From positions 1 to 64,000 of the forward strand of contig JAPEUD010000037.1 in the NCBI GenBank assembly GCA_026026165.1: a stretch of 64,000 nucleotides of DNA, given 5' to 3'. The notes beneath the pieces are model-generated. The model was not told the DNA's origin, did not search any database, and saw only the letters and a program-made list of their open reading frames with translations. The stretch is from Sarea resinae. Lineage: Eukaryota. Numbering within the stretch: position 1 is the stretch's first letter; each line of letters begins with the position of its first letter. Made by a program: the position numbers and the translations under genes. Shown one piece after another: positions 57,539 through 64,000 of this stretch.

Positions 57539-59787
57539 TCATAATCGCACATGTCCATCCGACGCACCACCGCCACCACCACTACCACCGAACCACCGGC
57601 CCAGCCCACCGGCACGCGACGGCCCCCCACCTACACCCCCGTCGTCATTGCTATCCCCACTCATCCACTTGGGCGCCTGCAGATTCGACAGCCAACGCGG
57701 CTTGTCCGTCGTCTCGAACGTGTTCTTGACCCGGTGCCCGAAACTCTGGAAGAAGCCCTCGTCGTCATCATCGTCAACGACACGGCGACCGTCCCGATTC
57801 TGCGTACGAAGAGACTGCCTCTGGTCGAGAGAAGAGCGAGGATCGCGCGACGGCACGAGAAGGGAAGGGTCGGTCCGGCCGCGCGGGTTGTTGCGCACCG
57901 TGGGAAGGAGACTCGTGTTTGCGGTGCGGTGAGGGCCGGGACCGACGGGACTGGAGGCGCCGGATCCCGTGCGAGATGCTAGACCGAGTCCCGAGGATGC
58001 ACCGTGCAGCTCACGATCGATGAGGTCGCGGCCTTCGCGCCAGCCGCCCGTGCCGAAACCAGACGGATTGGTCAGGTTGCCTTGGTCGTCTTCTTCGGGA
58101 ACGGCATCAAAGACACCAAAGCCAAAGAGCCTTTTGACTTTTCCGTAGAGGTTGAACAATGTCGCGAGGACGGGAATGAGGATCAGCATCGGGAAGAAGT
58201 AGTCGAACCCCTTACCCAGAGGAGTGAGATCGATGAGACGGCCGAGGAAGTGGTAGAAAGTCGTGTTGTGGTAGACGTCAAAGGGCATAAAGGTGACGAA
58301 ATTATAGGATAGAGGAACCGTCAATTTAGCTGTCTGCGTAGCGTACCAGCAGGCGCTTTCGCCGTAGGTATTTCGACGGACCAGGGCACGATTGCCCCAG
58401 ACCTTGACATCGCTCATGCTGGTGAGCGCCGTGGCGCACATGTAGAGAAGCCAGACGGCGGCGATGCATTGGCCTGCGAAGCCGATTTGGCCGTTGCTGC
58501 TGTTCGGGTGGTGCACCACGGTGAGGGAAATGAGAGAGTAATTGGGTTTGGCGAACTTGATCATCTCAGACCAAAGGATAGCGATCGAAGCCAGAGAGAA
58601 GAAGGCGCCGAAGAAATATCGGATGGCCGGGATGATATTTGCGTATAGATGATAGCGAGTGTATGGGGTAAGGAGGGTCACTCGCTCGTAAAAGGGCGCA
58701 TGAGACGGTGTCTGGCCAAAGTCAAGACGCTGGGAACCTGCCGCATCTAGGATAGCCTGAGTATCCGTGGCTTCTTGCACCAGACGATCCCAAGTATCGA
58801 TAAAGCGCAGACGTGTATGGCGAGCTCGTTTCAGCTTCCGGGTGAGGTCTGCAAGATAGCGCTCCGTGAGGACGGCCGGTACAGAAGAGCTGGCGACACG
58901 AGCTCGTGGTGCCACAGATGCCCTTGACTCTGGTAGAGTTGATACATCTGTGAGATCCTCGATCCAATCTTGATAGTTTCTGGCTGTACCATCTTTGCGC
59001 TGTCGTAACTCCATCACTTGCACCTCTAGCTCATCCAGCTCTTCAATTGAATCATTCAACCGATCGTACACCTTTGGCGCCTGGATTTGAAGCCTCCGCA
59101 ATCGGCCACTGACGCTCGCGTTACGGAGGAGACGTCGTGGCAGCGCGACCAGGCCGTGTCCCATCAGATAGATGGCCAAAATCAAACCCCAGCAATATGC
59201 CAATGCCATGATAAGCGCTTTCAACGAGCTGAAATGGACTCCCGACTGGATGAAGACGTAGACAAGCCCCGCCGTGCCACACCCGAGAACGATAAGTTGG
59301 TATCTTGCGTTGACGCGGAGAGAATATAGAAAGCGGTCTTTAGGTGTGCGAAAGCCAGAGTCGGAATAGTCTGCTAGTAACGGTAAGATGACCCTAGAGC
59401 CAGTCAATCAGCAGCCTTCTTCTTCTGATGCCTTCAACCGCAGAGGGCCTACCATGTCAATGCAAAAGTCAGCCAGTATGTAAGGCGCCAAACGACCAAC
59501 ATCACGCGGTCTGGAAGCCATATACCCCTAGCATCGCCAGTTTCTGTGGAGCTAGACGCAAGATCGATGGGGACGAGAAGAACAATGCTCGCTGGAAGGG
59601 CCAAAGCCAGGAAGATGGGTACGAGGAGATAAGCGGGAGTCGTCCGCAGGGGGAGGTAATGTCGTAGAAGAAGCAGGACGGTGAGAGAGATGACCAGAAG
59701 CGCCGACAAGGCGAAGATATTGGAGCCTATGGACGATTTGACGGCCATGGCGATCGCCTCAGCCGAAGATGAGGCTGCGGAAGCCAT
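57539..59787 (-). CDS. LMBR1-domain membrane protein (LMBRD2-like), 2 exons
   Basis: LLRHYLPLRTTPAY, LLVPIDLAS, WRLTYWLTFALTW/VILPLLADYSDSGFR, MALAYCWGL..YLMGHGLVALPR, LTVPLSYNF, GTGGWREG. Confidence 0.9.
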
Positions 59788-60757
59788 CTCGACAGCGGCA
59801 GACAACAAGGGAAGGATATGCTCGTATCGGCCGTGACATGTAAAAGAACGAACGCTGATTCTCACACTCCTGCTTCATCCGAACATGTGTGAGAAGTCAA
59901 GATATGTTGCAGGAGACGGCACAGGCAATATGTGGAGTAGAGAACTGAGATAGCGGTGGGAATGGCGGCTACGGTGATGTTGATGGCGTCGTTGGGCGAG
60001 GCCAGGATGTTGATGATGTACGAAGTACTTGGACTTACGTATGCGCCAAGTGATCTGCGCAAGTAATCCTGACGAAAGGTACACAGTACCTCCACTTGTA
60101 CCACATCCCCCAGAGATCATGTCGGTCGTTCTGGAAGGCATTGGATCTGATGTATCCCATCTCGGTCCATCTACTGCTCCTTTCTCGGCCATATGATGGT
60201 CCTCCACGACAATCATTCCAAGACCATATCCGTACCGTGCAAGGTCCAAGGTCAAAGTATTCATGATTATCATCATCATTATTTCCGCTATTGAGCGAGC
60301 AGGCACAATCAACTAGACTAGACTAGACTAGAAGAGTGCCGAGGGATGAGTAAAGAAAGCAGTCAAAAGTGAAGAAAGGAAGACATACAAAAATCCAATA
60401 ATGACACAAGCGGCCGATGACTCAAGGCCCGCTGATGAATGGACGGAGAGACGAGACACCGAAAGAAGAACACCAAAGCAGAAGACTGGGTATTGGTATT
60501 GATGTGTTCTTAGTACCGTTTTGAGGAAGAAACGAATGGTAGAGGGGAAAAGGAGAGGAAATAGGAAATGGGAGTTGGGGAGAGTGAAGAGAGAAGAAAA
60601 TTTACGGAACCCTCGACCGCAAGCCAAATCACAGAACCAAACGACAATCGCCGAACAAACGTGAGGAATACAGCCTTCTCTCTCCGCGCCTCTGCGTTTT
60701 GATCTGCACCTCCGAGGCCACTCGGAGCATCAGGGTTTCGATCAATCGACTGATCCA

Positions 60758-62909
60758 TCATCCCTGCTCCTCCACGCCAAGTTCACTCTCCTCGCCAAAC
60801 TCGTCATCCAGATCCTCCGCTTCGCCATCGCCATCTCCCCCCAAGGCCGTCGCATGCAACATGCCCGCAACAACGACGTCAGGATGACCGTCCTCGTCAT
60901 CGATGTCGTCTTCGTCGATGAGAACGCCACCTTGATCCTGCTCTCCAGCCGCACCAGCTGTGGCATTGCCATCTATAACCACGTGGTGATGCTGGTGAGG
61001 GTCAATATGGCCAAGAGTATGATTGACAACATCGGCATTATTAGACTGCGTATGAGTGAGAGACACGGAATTGTTATCGTCGAGGTCATTATCGTTGTCG
61101 TCGTACATGGTACCGTCCGTTTCGTATTGCAGAGCTTCTTGGTTGAGATAATTTCGTAGTCTTTTTACGCCGTCGCCGGAGAAGACACAGAAGACATCGC
61201 GTTGATGCTCATTGAATTCTGAAGAGCCAAAGGTAAGTATCTTGAACAACAGATTTCAACGTAAAGACATACCAGGAGGCGCTTCCCGACAGAAGACCGT
61301 GAGCTCTTCGCGGAGAAAGGCCTGAACGCCCGTGAGACTGAGATGAGTCAGACGGGGACAGTGATTAAGCAGCGCGTGTATGCCCTAAAGGCCATTAGCT
61401 TCATCACCAGAGGATTTGGAATATCATACCTGCAGGGTCAGATGCACACAATAACTCAAGTGCACCCTTTCAAGGGAACTAGCTGCCAGCACACCTCCTT
61501 GCGGTCCTGGTTTGGCCTTGGCCAATGCCAGAATACTTCTATCAGTGATGGCTTGGCATTTAACCAGACCGATACGTCTCAGCTTTGGTAGAGTGGCTAA
61601 TTGTTGCACCGACGTGTCCGTAAGACGATGACAACAGGCCAAGTCGATGTACCGAATTCGATTGCAGGACTTGACGAGCTGTACCACAGCCGTATCGGTG
61701 ATATGCTGGCAGTGTCCGAGATGGACGTAGTGCAAATTTTTCCCTAGTCTGGTGATGGACATGATTGCTCGATCCGTCAATTGTCTGCATTTTGCGAGGA
61801 CAAGATTTCGAAGACGTGGAGCAGCTGTAACGATCTTGCTGATGGCCTCGTCTCTCAATTGCTCGCAATTCGTAAGGTCGAGAATTCGCAGACTCTCATA
61901 AGTTCGCTCGTCTGGTAGATTGAGAAAAGCTTCGTCCGTAATGAGCGAACAGTGAGCTAGTCGAAGTTCTCGAAGATGGCGACCCTTGCTGATCAATGCA
62001 GTAACAGAGTCTCCGCTGATGAGCTTGCAGTCGTGAAGATCAATTTCTAACATATGCGGGCAATTCTCAGCAAGAGCTATTATCGATCTGTCTGTCAACT
62101 GGGAGCAGTAATTGAGCTTGAGCTGTAGGTTGTCAGCTTCACTGTTTTGTTCCGGGCTTAGTGTTACCCACCCTTTTCAGGTATCTGCAATTCTCAGAGA
62201 TGGCGACCAATGAATCGTCCGTCACCTTATTGCAACCGGTGATATTCAAACCTTGCAATCTCACAGAATTGTTTGCCACCGTCAACAACGTGCGGTCCGT
62301 GATCGAGTCCACTCCTGACACATCCAGTGCCAGAAGACTCCTATTCCCGTCCACAAGAGATATAACGCCCAAGTCCGTCAGCTTGTGGCAGCCCGTCAAG
62401 GTCAGCCTCTCTACCCTTCTGCAGACTTCTAAAGGTTTCACTGATCCATCGCTGATGATCTCCCCGAGGTTTGATAGATTCAATCTCTTTACCAGATCCG
62501 AATAAAGAAATAGCCCGGTTGGCTTCCGTACTGACTGTATCACGTTGACCAGTCTGTTCCACTCGTTGCATAACGGTCGATGCCACAGAAGATCCACGCT
62601 ATTCCTTGCCCAGGCTTTCGAAACCAGCATGCAGTTCCTCAAATCCGCTGGCGATGATGCTAGCTTGGCAAAGATCGCTATGAGAAGTTCTGGTGGAAGT
62701 CTATCGATAGGTGAATGGCACTCCTCTGTATCTCTATTCTCTACCGTCATGTCCCTGAAAGTTGAAACCCCAAGAGAGGACTGCGAGTCGTTGGGCTGCG
62801 CCATGAAGAAGTCTGTGTCATCGTACGCGGCCCTTTCCGGAGAACTAGATGATGACGATTCCGATGTCGGATTGCTCGTGATGCGAATGATCGGGCGTGG
62901 CCGAGCCAT
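60758..62909 (-). CDS. GRR1: SCF F-box/leucine-rich-repeat protein Grr1 (GrrA), 4 exons
   Basis: F-box IDRLPPELLIAIFAKL, LLWHRP, LRRs (VERLTLTGC, LRELRLAHC, PRLRNLVLAKC, CNRIRYIDLACC, LPKLRRIGLVKC), EFNEHQRDVFCVFSGDGV. Confidence 0.95.
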
Positions 62910-64000
62910 GATGGCTGACTCCGGTGAATCGATGCCGCGCTGTAGCCTCTCCACCCCCGTGACACCGAAATGCGAGTACTACCCCGAGTGTCCTTTTCTG
63001 CGACGTAGCTATTGCGAAGCAAGGCAAAAGCCGAAGGAAAATGGCTAGATCTGGAAGGAGCCGGGGCCAGGTGAGAGCTGAGTAGGTACAACGAGTTTCT
63101 GCCTTGGTAATCCAGTATCCAACAAGTCGTGGTGACGGAGCAGTGCGTGGCGATGATTATGCTATGTACGTCTCCCTGCGACAGCTTGTGTCGTGCTTGA
63201 TAATGATGAGGATGGAATGTCTGGTATTTATCTAGCGCGGCAGGAGGATCGACGATGCTGGTAGGGCGCACCTAGGAGTAAGGCTCGTGGAGGAAAGCGG
63301 GGGAGCGAGCAAATAAGCGCCGGTCAGACAGGACGAAGGACACCCGCGGTCGGCCGCCAAGCTCGTGTTGATGCCTTTCACGTTGGGCAGAGATGAGTGT
63401 CTCGAAGAAGTCTTACAGTCGGCGAGGATTGGGAGCGGTTGAGGTAGAGCAGAGGTGATTGATCGATTGAGTGAGTGAGCGAGCGAGTGTAGTGTAGTGT
63501 AGTGGTGTTGGGGGTTTAGCTACTGCGTAGGATCGTGACGAGGGTGACAGGGCCCGTTCCAGACTCAGCCGTCAGCAGTCTGTTTATTGCCTTTGCCCGG
63601 GGATGAGGAGGATGCGGTTGCGATACTTGTCCTGGCTGTGCTGATTGCCCCGACTCTCCTGATGACAGTACCTCGACGGGCTCCTCCGTGAGGCTGTGAT
63701 GCATATGGCGATCTTCCACTTGGTGCTGCCTTCTCCTGTTTGTCTTGTCTTGTCTTGTCTTGCCTCGTCCTCTGCTCGGTCGCAGCCTCAAGTTCGGGTG
63801 TGTCGCCCGCAGGGATGCGTGTTCGACATCGGTGCTGATCGGGTCGAATGGGGGATCTGTATGAAGTACTCTGTACTCCATAATCACAAGATCGAAGCCC
63901 GCATGCGACAAAGTACAGGCGCTGCTTTGTCATCCACCGTGCTCTCTACTCAGCGCCACACCTCAAGTGGGTCACGACGCAAGTATCGAGAACCTCATCC

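Noticed and set aside
62910..62954. In-frame GTG 15 codons upstream of the GRR1 ATG
   Set aside because: Short extension with no targeting character; the main ATG already has a good context.
1..64000. Intact transposon/Starship genes, tRNAs, TPP riboswitch, stop-readthrough PTS1 signals
   Set aside because: No transposase, reverse transcriptase or tyrosine recombinase motifs and no cloverleaf or TPP consensus seen by eye. The stop contexts checked (SDR, FDC1, AIM18, GRX, PAD1) lack TGA-CTA plus an SKL-type extension.

Overview
Gene-dense chromosome segment from a filamentous ascomycete (Pezizomycotina-type genes, short GT-AG introns with CTRAY branch points). About 21 protein-coding genes can be supported: GT71 mannosyltransferase, MFS transporter, SLC35F6-like transporter, Nrm1/Whi5-like repressor, Med15, BAG co-chaperone, TeaR, Aim18-like CHI-fold protein, glutaredoxin, SDR, metallophosphoesterase, DnaJ protein, a 5-exon orphan, sterol O-acyltransferase, AP-1 gamma adaptin, a small methyltransferase-like protein, M28 protease Pff1, a divergent fdc1/pad1 pair, an LMBR1 protein and Grr1. 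A U1 snRNA gene lies under a spurious ORF at about 30.0-30.14 kb. The main leads are: candidate non-AUG N-terminal extensions (an ACG-initiated mitochondrial-type presequence on glutaredoxin and a GUG-initiated membrane anchor on the BAG protein); a GC-rich fdc1/pad1 cassette with no adjacent regulator next to RIP-like DNA; microsatellite blocks between convergent genes whose 3' ends turn GC-rich; and a recurrent intergenic TAC[GA]GAGTA motif. All calls come from reading the sequence by eye, with no database searches. Exon boundaries and functions are predictions.
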